Source: Thermoproteota archaeon (lineage in GTDB: Archaea; Thermoproteota; Thermoprotei_A; EX4484-217-1; JAPDJV01). Taken from it: a stretch of 64,000 nt of DNA. Shown here piece after piece: positions 1 to 10,012 of the stretch. A program made the translations under genes and the position numbers. Within the stretch, counting starts at the first letter, position 1; every line of letters begins with the position of its first letter. The notes below the pieces were generated by a model, which did no database searches, was not told where the DNA came from, and saw only the letters and a program-made list of their open reading frames with translations. The stretch is from NCBI GenBank assembly GCA_029258925.1, contig JAPDJV010000010.1, forward strand, positions 32,126 to 96,125, written 5' to 3'.

Positions 1-9
1 AGGAGGAAA

Positions 10-294
10 ATGTATAGAGCTGTAGGCTCATTGCTAGATGTCCTCGAACACTTCATAGACAGAGTATTAAGACACCAGCTTATGCCAACAATAAAATTCA
101 TACAAGAAAACCTCCCGAAATTCAGCGAGAAAACCAGGGTAAACATAAGAAAACTGCTACAGGAATACCAGAAAGCAAGAATACTCCTAGACCTAAATAT
201 AAGGTTCTTAAGGAAGTGGAAAAAGCTTCCACTAAAAGATTTCGAGAAAGAACTAAGTAAAAGCAACTTCAATATTCAGCAGTCCATCACGTAG
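10..294 (+). CDS. hypothetical small protein (94 aa)
   Basis: Intact ORF with charged, helical-looking composition and no recognisable motif; it sits upstream of a degenerate HEPN-MNT pair. Confidence 0.35.
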   Translation: MYRAVGSLLDVLEHFIDRVLRHQLMPTIKFIQENLPKFSEKTRVNIRKLLQEYQKARILLDLNIRFLRKWKKLPLKDFEKELSKSNFNIQQSIT

Positions 295-423
295 AGAGCA
301 ATTTTCCAATACCTGACTCATAACTCAGTAAATATTGTAAGAATCGTTCTCCAATATGGGAGTAATCAAATATTTATTTCTTCACACACAATTGTATCAC
401 GGTAAAGTGCTGGTGGAATCCTG

Positions 424-833
424 ATGAATCATTTAGAGGAAGTAGACGTTTTGAAGAGGAGAGCTAACATAATGTTAGAGGAGGCACAACACCTTGTAGG
501 AAGAGAGGAATTTCGGATGTTGCAGTATTTCTTGCAGAGCAGGGAGTTCAACTTTTCATTAAATCCGTTCTACTAGAACTTGTTGGCGAACATCCCAGAA
601 CACGCTCCATATCGAAGCTTCTTGCCGCACTCAAAATCGCAACCGGGGAGAACATCATCGAAGATTTTGCTGGGAATAGGAGAAGGGATATAGGTAGACT
701 TGAAGACTCATATATTCTAGCGAGATATGTCCCACGAGAATACAGCATTGAGGAGGCAAGAGAGCTTGTAAACTTCTCTTTTGAAGTGGTGAAACTTGTT
801 GAACGAATCCTTCGTAAACATAAGGTTAGGTAG
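424..833 (+). pseudogene. HEPN-domain protein (partner of downstream MNT), disrupted by a frameshift near 527
   Basis: Frame 1 from ATG 424 reads MNHLEEVDVLKRRANIMLEEAQHLVGREEFRMLQY and stops at 574-576. Frame 0 continues from about 528 as FLAEQGVQLFIKSVLLELVGEHPRTRSISKLLAALKIATGEN...ILARYVPREYSIEEARELVNF...KHKVR and stops at 831-833. The two parts align colinearly with the intact HEPN proteins at 21482 and 41297, sharing A(E/Q)Q, THS-like and RY.PREY blocks. The 3' end overlaps the MNT start, as in the intact pairs. Confidence 0.55.
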
Positions 834-1152
834 AGATCTCGTAAAGCTATTAAGGGAGTGGAGAATTTGGGTTGAGAAAATAGCTATTGCAGTAAAAAAG
901 CGTTTACCCGATGCAGAAATATATGTTATTGGAAGTGTGGCGGAAGACGCGTTGACTGGTGGAAGCGATATAGATATCCTCATAGTCTCAGAAAATATTC
1001 CAAGAACAAACTTTGAGCGCTCCGATCCGAAGACGGAAGTGGTCGAAGAAGTGGGGCTACCTCTAGCCCACCCCTTTGAAATACACTTAGCGTCGTGGAG
1101 AGAATTCGAATTCTATAAGAAGTTTGCTAAGAAAATGATTAAAATACTTTAG
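796..1152 (+). CDS. minimal nucleotidyltransferase (MNT) of a HEPN-MNT module
   Basis: Carries the GSVAEDALTGGSDIDILIV Pol-beta NTase motif (GS...DxD). Its size (118 aa) and C-terminal helix match the MNTs at 21900 and 41668. Confidence 0.85.
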   Translation: MLNESFVNIRLGRDLVKLLREWRIWVEKIAIAVKKRLPDAEIYVIGSVAEDALTGGSDIDILIVSENIPRTNFERSDPKTEVVEEVGLPLAHPFEIHLASWREFEFYKKFAKKMIKIL

Positions 1153-1326
1153 AGACAACGTTTCATCGTCAACGCTCAATTAGTGTGATATCATGTGGAA
1201 ATAAGAGCGGCGACTTTTATCTCTTTTCATAAAAATAAGGAAGTATGGAATTATAGTGTTTTCACTGAAGTTGTTTAAAAATATTTTACTTTTCAATCCT
1301 TTAAGCATTGACGTTTTATATGTTTT

Positions 1327-2622
1327 CTAGTATGGGAGTTTGTATTGTTTTACTGCTATTTCTGCTAATCCTATTTTCTCTAGTATTCTTATGGGTGCTT
1401 GAAGTGTTACGTGAACTATTCCAGGAAGCCTCCCTATTTCAACAGCTCCAGTTATTGTAACCCTGTTCAACACTTCCTCAACACTCATTCCAAGCACTTT
1501 AGCAGCTCTCTCAAATCCGTTCTTCGCTGCATCGTTTATCGTTGGACCCGAGCCTATGAACTGTATTGGTGCCACTGGCTCAGGCTCAACACCGTATTTT
1601 TTAGCAAGAGACTGAACCATTTCCCACTCGTCTTTTCTCCAGGGCTTAGCTAGCGGCGGCAAGTCTTCTTCAGGTGGCAACAATATTGGTCCTTCGAGAC
1701 CCAAGTTTTTCAGTACTGAAACAGTTATTGTAGACTCCGCTGATACATCCGTTGTGTGGCCAGCGACTTCCCCGTCTCCCTGCATTGCATGCGCGTCTCC
1801 TGCGTAAACGCCTCCTCCTCTAACTTTAACCGGAGCTATTATTATTGCTCCTTCTCGAACAGAGTCTACATCTAGATGACCGTCTGTGAGATCTCTCTCA
1901 TATTGTTCCCTAGTTATAGAGTATGGGTGTGGTGCGTCTATTAGGAAGGATCCGAAGTCCCCAGCATTATGTGAGTCAGGTATGTCCACAGCTGGTGTTG
2001 TGCCTAGTTGGCCTAGGAAAGGCCTTATTCTAGCTGGTACCCCAACTAGGTCTGCTTTACCGAAAATAAGTACCGGAACTTGCCTAGAATTCCTTGGTAA
2101 AGCAGCCCATTCCCAGGCTTTTTCAGCTATTTTCTTAGCCATATCACTACCCACAGTAATGCCAACTCTATCCCCCAGAACAATAGTATATCCGTGGACC
2201 ATGCGGAACGGGGATGCAGGTGCACCACACTTCTTGCATTTAATGGCCTCCATACCTATACCTTCAACATTGAACTCCGGCCAGGGCTCCCTGCAGACAG
2301 GACACTTCTTGGCAACGTATGGATCACCAGTATATGCTCCATCAACAAATTTATCTACACCTGAAGAAGACGCGTTTGAGAGTACCCTAATTTTCTCGAC
2401 CTTAATGACGATAGCATCACCTATCTCAGCATTCTCCACAATAACAGGTAAAGCAACTTCATGCCCACCTCTAATAGTGGGGGTTATCATTGGACCCCAG
2501 CAACCTGGGGCAGTAACGAAAATTATCTTCCCCTCATCAGCTACGGGACCGAGCATTCTAGTATGAGGACCAATTATGCCGTTAGTATACTCTTCTACAC
2601 GAATTTCACTATCAGGACACAT
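1327..2622 (-). CDS. acetamidase/formamidase (FmdA/AmdA) family protein
   Basis: 431-aa ORF with GDAHAMQGDGEV and surrounding blocks that I recognise as the FmdA_AmdA family. The antisense ORFs 1886-2566 and 1399-1653 are rejected. Confidence 0.55.
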   Translation of the reverse strand: MCPDSEIRVEEYTNGIIGPHTRMLGPVADEGKIIFVTAPGCWGPMITPTIRGGHEVALPVIVENAEIGDAIVIKVEKIRVLSNASSSGVDKFVDGAYTGDPYVAKKCPVCREPWPEFNVEGIGMEAIKCKKCGAPASPFRMVHGYTIVLGDRVGITVGSDMAKKIAEKAWEWAALPRNSRQVPVLIFGKADLVGVPARIRPFLGQLGTTPAVDIPDSHNAGDFGSFLIDAPHPYSITREQYERDLTDGHLDVDSVREGAIIIAPVKVRGGGVYAGDAHAMQGDGEVAGHTTDVSAESTITVSVLKNLGLEGPILLPPEEDLPPLAKPWRKDEWEMVQSLAKKYGVEPEPVAPIQFIGSGPTINDAAKNGFERAAKVLGMSVEEVLNRVTITGAVEIGRLPGIVHVTLQAPIRILEKIGLAEIAVKQYKLPY

Positions 2623-3050
2623 AACTCTCCCTCACTTCAAATTATTCGCAAAGAATGATATAAATAATTTGATCAAAGAACAAGAATAAGGATAATATAT
2701 ATGCTGTTCTTAAACATTCATTGAATCTGAAAACTTGTCCAATAATTCTAAACGAATATTAGAGTTGATTAAAATATTTGAAGAATAATTCAACAACTGT
2801 TCTTTTAACGGTGCCGTGGAATTCCGAGATAGACCCAAGCTAACCAGCATCGCCCATAAAACAACACTCCTTACCTCATTTTACAATTATTAGTTGCTCT
2901 ATGGAACCAAGTTTAATACATGCACAATTTTCTTAGCACATATTTTATTGAACAGGTAGAATACTTATTGATGTTGACAACAATCTGCTTATTGGCGAGG
3001 TGCTTAAAATAACTTGTAGGTTGAATGGTATTGCCACTCTTTGATTACAT

Positions 3051-3662
3051 TTACAAGGAGATCCTCCTTGTGGCGAAGCGTATTGCTAGAAACATAGATA
3101 ACAATAGTCCAGTCAATATTATGAAACCTACCATTAGACCTATGTCAAGCACTTTCTCCCTTAACATTAATACCAGCTTCATTGCAAGAGGATATTCGTA
3201 GACATAGGCTACGTGTATGAGGAAAAAGTACCAGAACACTTTCCCAGCCGTTCTCTCATACCACTCTCTCGCCGCTCCCTGTTCTTTGAATATTGAGAAG
3301 TATGCTGATATCGAGAAGATAAATGGAACTATGAGTGCCATAGAGAACGTGGGATCCATTCCGCCGAGGAATATTGGGGGAAGGTTGAGTAGTATTGAGG
3401 AGACACAGTATCCTAGTAGTGAGGATATGAATACGAATAGTATGTGGGATCTCTCAATAGTCTTCCCAACGTAGTATCCGAACATGAATCCTAGAATTGA
3501 AAGCATTAGAAAGTTCTCACCGGGATGGAATGATGGCTCGAAACCGAAGAGTAACGGTAAGTTCTTGCCGAAGAATATGATAAACCATCCACCAGTAATA
3601 CCCGCAACTATGGCTCCAGCAATTCTCGTAGCTTTCCCCATACTAACCCCTCCCTTAAACAC
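3051..3662 (-). CDS. integral membrane protein (about 6 TM helices), unknown function
   Basis: Hydrophobic segments separated by short loops, with a Gly-rich N-terminal TM. Confidence 0.55.
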   Translation of the reverse strand: MFKGGVSMGKATRIAGAIVAGITGGWFIIFFGKNLPLLFGFEPSFHPGENFLMLSILGFMFGYYVGKTIERSHILFVFISSLLGYCVSSILLNLPPIFLGGMDPTFSMALIVPFIFSISAYFSIFKEQGAAREWYERTAGKVFWYFFLIHVAYVYEYPLAMKLVLMLREKVLDIGLMVGFIILTGLLLSMFLAIRFATRRISL

Positions 3663-3995
3663 GATAATCCATAATATAATATTTTTTATTCAATAAAATA
3701 TTTGCTAAATAATGATGCAACATGATTGCATGCGAATTTCAATAATCTTTGAGTAACTAGTTTCAAGGGCTTGGGAAACAACGGGCTTTCCGTATTAATG
3801 GGATTCTATGATTTTAGTAGAATAATGATATTTTAGGCTTGATTAATAACTTGTCCGCTTAACTAGTATCCTGTTTCCGACGAGAATTTGGAATTGTTTC
3901 GAATATTTTCTTCTATTAAAATAATCATAATAACATTCATTATTATAATACCATATTAATATTACGTGCCACAAATAAATATGGGGTAATTTTTC

Positions 3996-4727
3996 GTGAG
4001 TATAGAATCTAGAATACTTGGAATATGCTTGACCGACTGCAAGCATAAGAAAATCTACGGTTTCCACATAGTTAACAAGAACATTGTTAATGTTTTAGAT
4101 GTGCTTTCGAAAGTTTTGGAGAAATATAAACTAAACGTTGCCAACATAGCTACTTCTCCACTAGACGTTAAGGGTCCCAATGCATTATTTGTTGCAATAG
4201 ATTTCACCGGCTCCGACGCGTCTCCTAATAATGTTATTGAAGAACTGTCTAGTGCAGACGGAGTTGTAGATGTAAAACTCGTTGAACCCGTTTTTGGTGG
4301 CAGATACCTGTACGACTATTGTTGCAGGAGTGTTGTCGGCCTTTATGATGAAAGAATCATAATGCTTGGAAGAGCAAATATCTCAGGTCTTCTCGTTGGC
4401 TTAAGAAAAAGATTTGGAGGAGACGTTATTTCAGCACTTTACTACGATGTGTGGTTTGAAGTTGGGCGAAAAGCGTGTGAACTATATGTTTCACCAGTAG
4501 ATCATGCATCCGTGGATATGCTCATTGAACTGCTCAACGCCTTATTTGTTTCACATGGCTGGATTAGTAGGATGACTCTAACCAGTGTCGGAAAGGGGAA
4601 GATTGTTTTGAATGTAGAGGGTTCATTCGAATGCGAATACTTGAAAGATATTGTTAATGAGTCGGCTTCACATATTTTTAGAGGCGCATTGGGGGGATTT
4701 TCTCAATGTACTTCGAGTCTGCTGTGA
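3996..4727 (+). CDS. hypothetical protein, possibly ACT/V4R-like small-molecule-binding domains
   Basis: 243-aa soluble ORF with the weak pattern of an ACT-like N-terminus and a Cys-containing C-terminus. Confidence 0.4.
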   Translation: MSIESRILGICLTDCKHKKIYGFHIVNKNIVNVLDVLSKVLEKYKLNVANIATSPLDVKGPNALFVAIDFTGSDASPNNVIEELSSADGVVDVKLVEPVFGGRYLYDYCCRSVVGLYDERIIMLGRANISGLLVGLRKRFGGDVISALYYDVWFEVGRKACELYVSPVDHASVDMLIELLNALFVSHGWISRMTLTSVGKGKIVLNVEGSFECEYLKDIVNESASHIFRGALGGFSQCTSSLL

Positions 4728-4965
4728 GAGTATTGGAGACTAGGTGTGTAGCAATGGGAGACCCTTACTGCCAGTTCCATGTGATAAAAGTTGGGGGGGA
4801 ACACTAGTAATATTTAATTTAAGATGAAGTTGTTTTTGCCTGAGCTTAAATCTTTCACACCACTTTTATCCTTAAACATTTTTACGAGTATATTGTCTAA
4901 GCTAAGACTTATTTCAGGTAGCGCTCTCAATCAGCCTCTTGACAACGTTGTTCACACCGCTTAAT

Positions 4966-7900
4966 TCATGGATATGCCCTCTCTATTTCATCCGGTTCCG
5001 GCATTAAATTATTGTTTGAGTCAACCCAGTGGAATACCACTACACTGCTAGATAAGGTGTCCAGTAGATTCTCATCTATTAGGTAGTGCAAGTATATTGC
5101 CGACGCCCATGTCCCCCTCCACTCGAATCCGTAGAATATTATTATCGTATTGTTGTAGTTGTCACTGAACACTTCTATTACGAACATGTCTTCGTGTTCG
5201 AAGTCCACGGGCTTATTTAGAAACGCTATTATCTCCCCCGACGTAGTATTTATGAAAGCATACTTGTCCTCCATCTCGGCGAATTTAATTAGAGAAGCAT
5301 TGTTGTACTCATAGTATTTGACAAGCCAGTTCGGCAAGGGGCCTCCGAAAGCCATCAATATGTTATTTGAGACAGTAATATTCAGACTCCCTGGATCATG
5401 TTCTCCATCTCCCTCCACTATCATGTCGTCGAAAATGTTTCTCTGCGTGTTGCTGCATAAACCGTAAATTATTCCACCGGCAATAACATCGTATGCGGCG
5501 ACAGGCCTGGTCATCCTATATGGGTTCGCGTAAACGAACATAGCACGCTCCGGTAAAGCATTAAACACATTGTCTAGAACATCACATATGGTAGTTAGCT
5601 TCTCTCGTAATGAATATACTAGGCTCTCCTCCTGCCTGTAGGGGTTGTCCACTACTACTCCACAATACCATGCGATCTCCACGTATATCTCAGATGGATC
5701 ATAGTATGGTATGTCTAGAATCTGTGGATCCACGGTGAACTCCATGAACTCTGAGTCAACCCACGCGTTCTCGTAGGACTCGTTGTCCACGTAAAGCCAG
5801 GTATCATATACATAGTTGTAAACCCAGACCCCCTCAGGCTCATAGTATGCTACAATATCCGTAAGCCCGTCTTCATCCAGGTCGTAGTGTATTATTAGCT
5901 CGAAGTACACGTCGCACGTACTATTAGAGAACCTGGATGGATCAATGATTCCGGCTAGCTCCACTCCATGGTAAATCTTGTCTCCCCATAGAGAGTAGAA
6001 CGCTGTGGAATTAAATTCCTGGTATTGATCATCTCCTATAGCATCTTCCTCGTCGTAGAGTATGAGTGTGCTGGTGGGAGGCCAGTCGCTTGGATCTCCA
6101 TCCACACTCAGCGTGTACGGTGATTCCGTAAGCCAACCGTAATCCGTGGGCGGATAATCGTAGGAGGCTGATGCAACTTTGTCGAAGAATATTCCTACAG
6201 TGTTGGAACTTCTTACTCCTATCTCGTCTAGGGGGAGAATTATTTTAAGGTACTCCAGTATTCTGGAACCATTTATTGAGATCCCGTAGTCCACGTACTC
6301 GCTTTCCAAGTCACTCACGTAAATCCATGAATTCAAATAATTGTTGAACCTATATAGCTCGCCGTAAGAGTAGGAGCCAAATAATTCAACGTATACTTCC
6401 ACGTCTCTGCCTAAAGCATCCCCACTCTTAGGATCAGAGTCTACATCGATCTTAACATCCACTTCTCTGCCATAAACTATGCTCCCGCTGGAATCATAGG
6501 ATAATAGGTTTGGTCTTGGCTCATACCATTCGAACTTCAATGTTATATGGGATTCATTATTGTATACGTGGAGATAGTATAGGTCTCTCCACCCGCCGAA
6601 ATCGTATCCGTCGAAAACGTGCACCGCACCCTTACCAGCAACTATTGGCGCTCCCCTAACACTTATAGTACTACAGTATGGAATAATATCTACCCCGGAA
6701 ACAGTGATGTTCAACGTGTCGACTTCAATGGAGGAGGAAATATTTACTATGGCTACACCACTCTCAGAAGTATGTGCAACTGCGAATACTTCGCCATCAG
6801 CTGAGAAAACGGTTACATTAGCGTTTACAACGGGGCTTCCATCATCCATGTAGGTGACAGTCACTGTGAACGATGTTTGACTAGCATTTATGGTTGCTGG
6901 ATGAACCACGCTTATTTCCCTAGGATTCCTCCATATTGGTGTCAGAGGGTCTCCGAAGAAAATGTATTCAAGGAAGTCCTTTACGTCAGCGTAGTCGGAT
7001 ACATCCATGTACTGCATTGCAAAAGCTATTCTAGAAGCATAGAATGCTTCTCCAACACTTACAACATTATTATCGAACAACTTCTCTCCGAAAAGATACA
7101 TCAATCCCTGGTTTCCACCATACCCGCGTTGCCAGCCGATGACATAGTAGCTTATCCTTGAAGATGCAATGACAGCTATGGAACCCTCTCCTTCTTGAAT
7201 CAAATACTCGGCATATGCCTCATTATCGAGGTCGTCGAATTTCCCTAGAAGACATGCACTAACGTAAGTTATGGGAGTCTTATTCCCAGCACTTAAGCTT
7301 ATGTATATGTTAGCAAACTCCACCCAATCCATCTCATCGCTCTCAGGCACGTCATCGCCATCGTCTTCAGCCCAAATCTTCCTGTAGTGTCCTGTGGGAG
7401 AGCCGTGGCCAGCCTCGAAAACAGCATAGTAGCCATTGCTGAACTGGTACTCGAAGTTACCGTAGGTCAATGAGGCTTCATGTGGATACTCTGAGGGATC
7501 GAGACCCTCATCCTCGTACAATCTGAAATAATTATAGCCTATTGGATCCAAGAAGTCTTCTCTAATACATTCCAGAGGGTAGGCGTCATCTGTTTTAAGT
7601 AGTCCCCTATCATCCTCGTTCTCGTAGTTCGATATGGCTCCAGCAAGCAGTACTTTGTGAAGCCACTCGTCAACCTCAACGTTTCTCTCGTAGTCCACTA
7701 TTTTGTCAACAACGATGCTTGTGGAACCAGTGAGATACGTTGGTACCCTACCAACTAGAACCTCGGGCAGAGTGTCAGGTAATGTCTCAATGAACCCGTC
7801 TGGATATCCATCGCCATCAGTATCCGGGCATTCCAGGAGCTTCCCGTCTCCATCTGGATCCCAGTCCCCGTCTAGTAGTGCATAGTACATGTCAGTAGCC

Positions 7901-9018
7901 TTGTAATTCCTGTTTAATCCTCCCCCAGCCTCCATGTCGCTAGAGCTATCTTCCATGTAGAAGTATGCTGGGGGTACAACATCGTAGTCTCCCCCTAGAA
8001 CAACGTACTCGGTATTCCAGTTCTCGTAGGCATACTTTATGAAGTTCCTTATCCTATCCTGGATCGTTGCTCCACTGAAATAGCTGTTTATCCAGTCAAC
8101 AGTGATCACTCTAGACCTGTATCCTAGGGCAGTCCTCCAGGAAGCTAGTTCCCGAAATATTTCTTCTAAGTCCCCACTAGTTATGATGATGTATGGATAA
8201 CTGTTTCCACAACTTTCTTCAACCGCGTTGTGATACCTGTTCTCATTGTAGTATATTTTAGTGGCTCCCGTGTTTAACGCTATTGTCTTCAAGAACTTGT
8301 TGACAACGCTTGTTTCAGGCCTACGAGCTTCGCTTTCAACGACGTCTCCACTAATAATGTTCAACGTAATTCTCATGACGTGGACTATTTTAAGCGTCAA
8401 ATTGCCTTCGTAGTATTGGATTGGATAAACTGATAATGGGATTAGCTTGTATGGTCCAAGCCATTGCTCCGAGAATGATTCACATAAGTTTCCGGGCCAC
8501 ACAATGTTTTCATAGACATCCTGCAACATGTTAGCTCCTATATTTTTCTCTAAGTAGGCTGGTTGTAGTGGTAGGGCTTTCTCAAGAGGCTCCTCTATTT
8601 CTAAACGTTTCACGATAATAGGTTGCAGGCTAATGCTCACATTCACAGTATTAGCTGGTACGAGAACATAAAACCTCTTATATGGTACGATAGGGTTCCC
8701 AGGAACATAATAGTAGTCTAGGCCTGGAACATCTATGTAAGTATACTTTTTTCCCTCATCACATTTTAACTCGTATGAGAGTATGTTAATGTATATTCTA
8801 ATCTCATTTGAGTAGGATTCGACTCTAACATAGTTCTCAGGTGAATTCTCATCAAGTATTTTAACATCTACTACACAGCTCTTCAATCTCCGACCCAATT
8901 CTCCGGGCACTTCAATTGCTTGAGGCACTGGCAGTATTATTGTGGTAATAATCATTGTGAAGAGGAATATGGGCCAGAGTTTTTTAATATAATAGGGGAA
9001 GACTATATGATCTATCAT
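4966..9018 (-). CDS. secreted giant cysteine peptidase, C25 (gingipain/clostripain-like) family, with Ca-binding Asp-rich repeats and Ig-like C-terminal domains
   Basis: 1350 aa with an N-terminal hydrophobic signal/anchor (LWPIFLFTMIITTIILPVPQA). The catalytic His motif is AVFEAGHGSPTGHY, followed by the Cys motif ITYVSACLLGKFDD. Other blocks are YVVLGGDYDVVPPAYFY and thrombospondin-type-3-like DGDWDPDGDGK..DTDGDGYPDG. Confidence 0.6.
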   Translation of the reverse strand: MIDHIVFPYYIKKLWPIFLFTMIITTIILPVPQAIEVPGELGRRLKSCVVDVKILDENSPENYVRVESYSNEIRIYINILSYELKCDEGKKYTYIDVPGLDYYYVPGNPIVPYKRFYVLVPANTVNVSISLQPIIVKRLEIEEPLEKALPLQPAYLEKNIGANMLQDVYENIVWPGNLCESFSEQWLGPYKLIPLSVYPIQYYEGNLTLKIVHVMRITLNIISGDVVESEARRPETSVVNKFLKTIALNTGATKIYYNENRYHNAVEESCGNSYPYIIITSGDLEEIFRELASWRTALGYRSRVITVDWINSYFSGATIQDRIRNFIKYAYENWNTEYVVLGGDYDVVPPAYFYMEDSSSDMEAGGGLNRNYKATDMYYALLDGDWDPDGDGKLLECPDTDGDGYPDGFIETLPDTLPEVLVGRVPTYLTGSTSIVVDKIVDYERNVEVDEWLHKVLLAGAISNYENEDDRGLLKTDDAYPLECIREDFLDPIGYNYFRLYEDEGLDPSEYPHEASLTYGNFEYQFSNGYYAVFEAGHGSPTGHYRKIWAEDDGDDVPESDEMDWVEFANIYISLSAGNKTPITYVSACLLGKFDDLDNEAYAEYLIQEGEGSIAVIASSRISYYVIGWQRGYGGNQGLMYLFGEKLFDNNVVSVGEAFYASRIAFAMQYMDVSDYADVKDFLEYIFFGDPLTPIWRNPREISVVHPATINASQTSFTVTVTYMDDGSPVVNANVTVFSADGEVFAVAHTSESGVAIVNISSSIEVDTLNITVSGVDIIPYCSTISVRGAPIVAGKGAVHVFDGYDFGGWRDLYYLHVYNNESHITLKFEWYEPRPNLLSYDSSGSIVYGREVDVKIDVDSDPKSGDALGRDVEVYVELFGSYSYGELYRFNNYLNSWIYVSDLESEYVDYGISINGSRILEYLKIILPLDEIGVRSSNTVGIFFDKVASASYDYPPTDYGWLTESPYTLSVDGDPSDWPPTSTLILYDEEDAIGDDQYQEFNSTAFYSLWGDKIYHGVELAGIIDPSRFSNSTCDVYFELIIHYDLDEDGLTDIVAYYEPEGVWVYNYVYDTWLYVDNESYENAWVDSEFMEFTVDPQILDIPYYDPSEIYVEIAWYCGVVVDNPYRQEESLVYSLREKLTTICDVLDNVFNALPERAMFVYANPYRMTRPVAAYDVIAGGIIYGLCSNTQRNIFDDMIVEGDGEHDPGSLNITVSNNILMAFGGPLPNWLVKYYEYNNASLIKFAEMEDKYAFINTTSGEIIAFLNKPVDFEHEDMFVIEVFSDNYNNTIIIFYGFEWRGTWASAIYLHYLIDENLLDTLSSSVVVFHWVDSNNNLMPEPDEIERAYP

Positions 9019-9358
9019 ACTATCAGCTCTAACTAATAATTTTAGAAAAAATCTTAAAAAATTATTGAAAATAAAATTATTCTTAAAATCAGCCGCTAAG
9101 ATTGGAGTATGATAGTTTTAGATTATGAGAGAACTAGAATTCCATAATAAATATGGGCATATTTCTAAGTTAATGAGACATGAAAATCTTTCCTAAATAC
9201 AGGAAATATTTGTTTAGAAGAAAACTCTGTTCACCTTGATGCCGCTTGTAACCGCAAATAAATGTGAAAAACCTCATGACATATGAGTTGAGCTATTAAA
9301 ATAGTGGTCATTTATTCGAGTTATCCTTATTCAAACACTCTAAAATAATCTGCCCGGT

Positions 9359-9904
9359 TTAATTCCTGGAACATGACTTGTAGTACTTGGACTTGAAGAT
9401 TGCGAGCGAAATAAACGTTTTAGCATCGATTAAATCGCTCCTCTCGACTTCCCCCATAGCACTATCTAAATCCATTTCAATGCGCTCTATGGCCTCGTAT
9501 TCTTCAGGTTTAGAGCCAACATATTTTAGTTTTCTAGCAACATAAATGTGTATTATTTCGTCGCTGTAGCCTGGAGCTGGACACACTGATGCTATTCTCT
9601 CAATTTCTCCAGCCCTATAACCGGTTTCTTCAACTAACTCTCTTAGAGCTGCGTCGAATGGTTTCTCCCCGGGTTCAACTCTGCCAGCGGGCACCTCAAG
9701 TATCCACTTATTGAGAGCGGGCCTATACTGCTTTATGAGAACTATTCTCCCGTCTTCCAGGATGGGTAATATTGCTACTGCCTCGCCGAACTCAACAACC
9801 TCTCTCTCAATAATAGAAGAGTTCTTCCTAAACCTCACTATTTTAACAGAGATCCTCTCACCCTTATAACAGTATTCCTCTCCCAATAATTCGAGAGGAT
9901 CCAT
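9359..9904 (-). CDS. NUDIX hydrolase (ADP-ribose pyrophosphatase-like)
   Basis: Carries the Nudix box GRVEPGEKPFDAALRELVEETGY (Gx5Ex7REUxEExGU). Confidence 0.8.
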   Translation of the reverse strand: MDPLELLGEEYCYKGERISVKIVRFRKNSSIIEREVVEFGEAVAILPILEDGRIVLIKQYRPALNKWILEVPAGRVEPGEKPFDAALRELVEETGYRAGEIERIASVCPAPGYSDEIIHIYVARKLKYVGSKPEEYEAIERIEMDLDSAMGEVERSDLIDAKTFISLAIFKSKYYKSCSRN

Positions 9905-10012
9905 TAATCTATCACCTTCAAGAATATTCCATTACATAGCTTAAATATAATTAGTTAACTGAGGGTTCTAAGTGAAATAATTTAAAGTTACTAGTATTAT
10001 CTTTCTTAGATC

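Noticed and set aside
1886-2658. Plus-strand ORFs 1886-2566 and 2461-2658, antisense to the formamidase gene
   Set aside because: They lie entirely inside a well-supported minus-strand CDS and have low-complexity Ser/Pro-rich translations typical of antisense frames.
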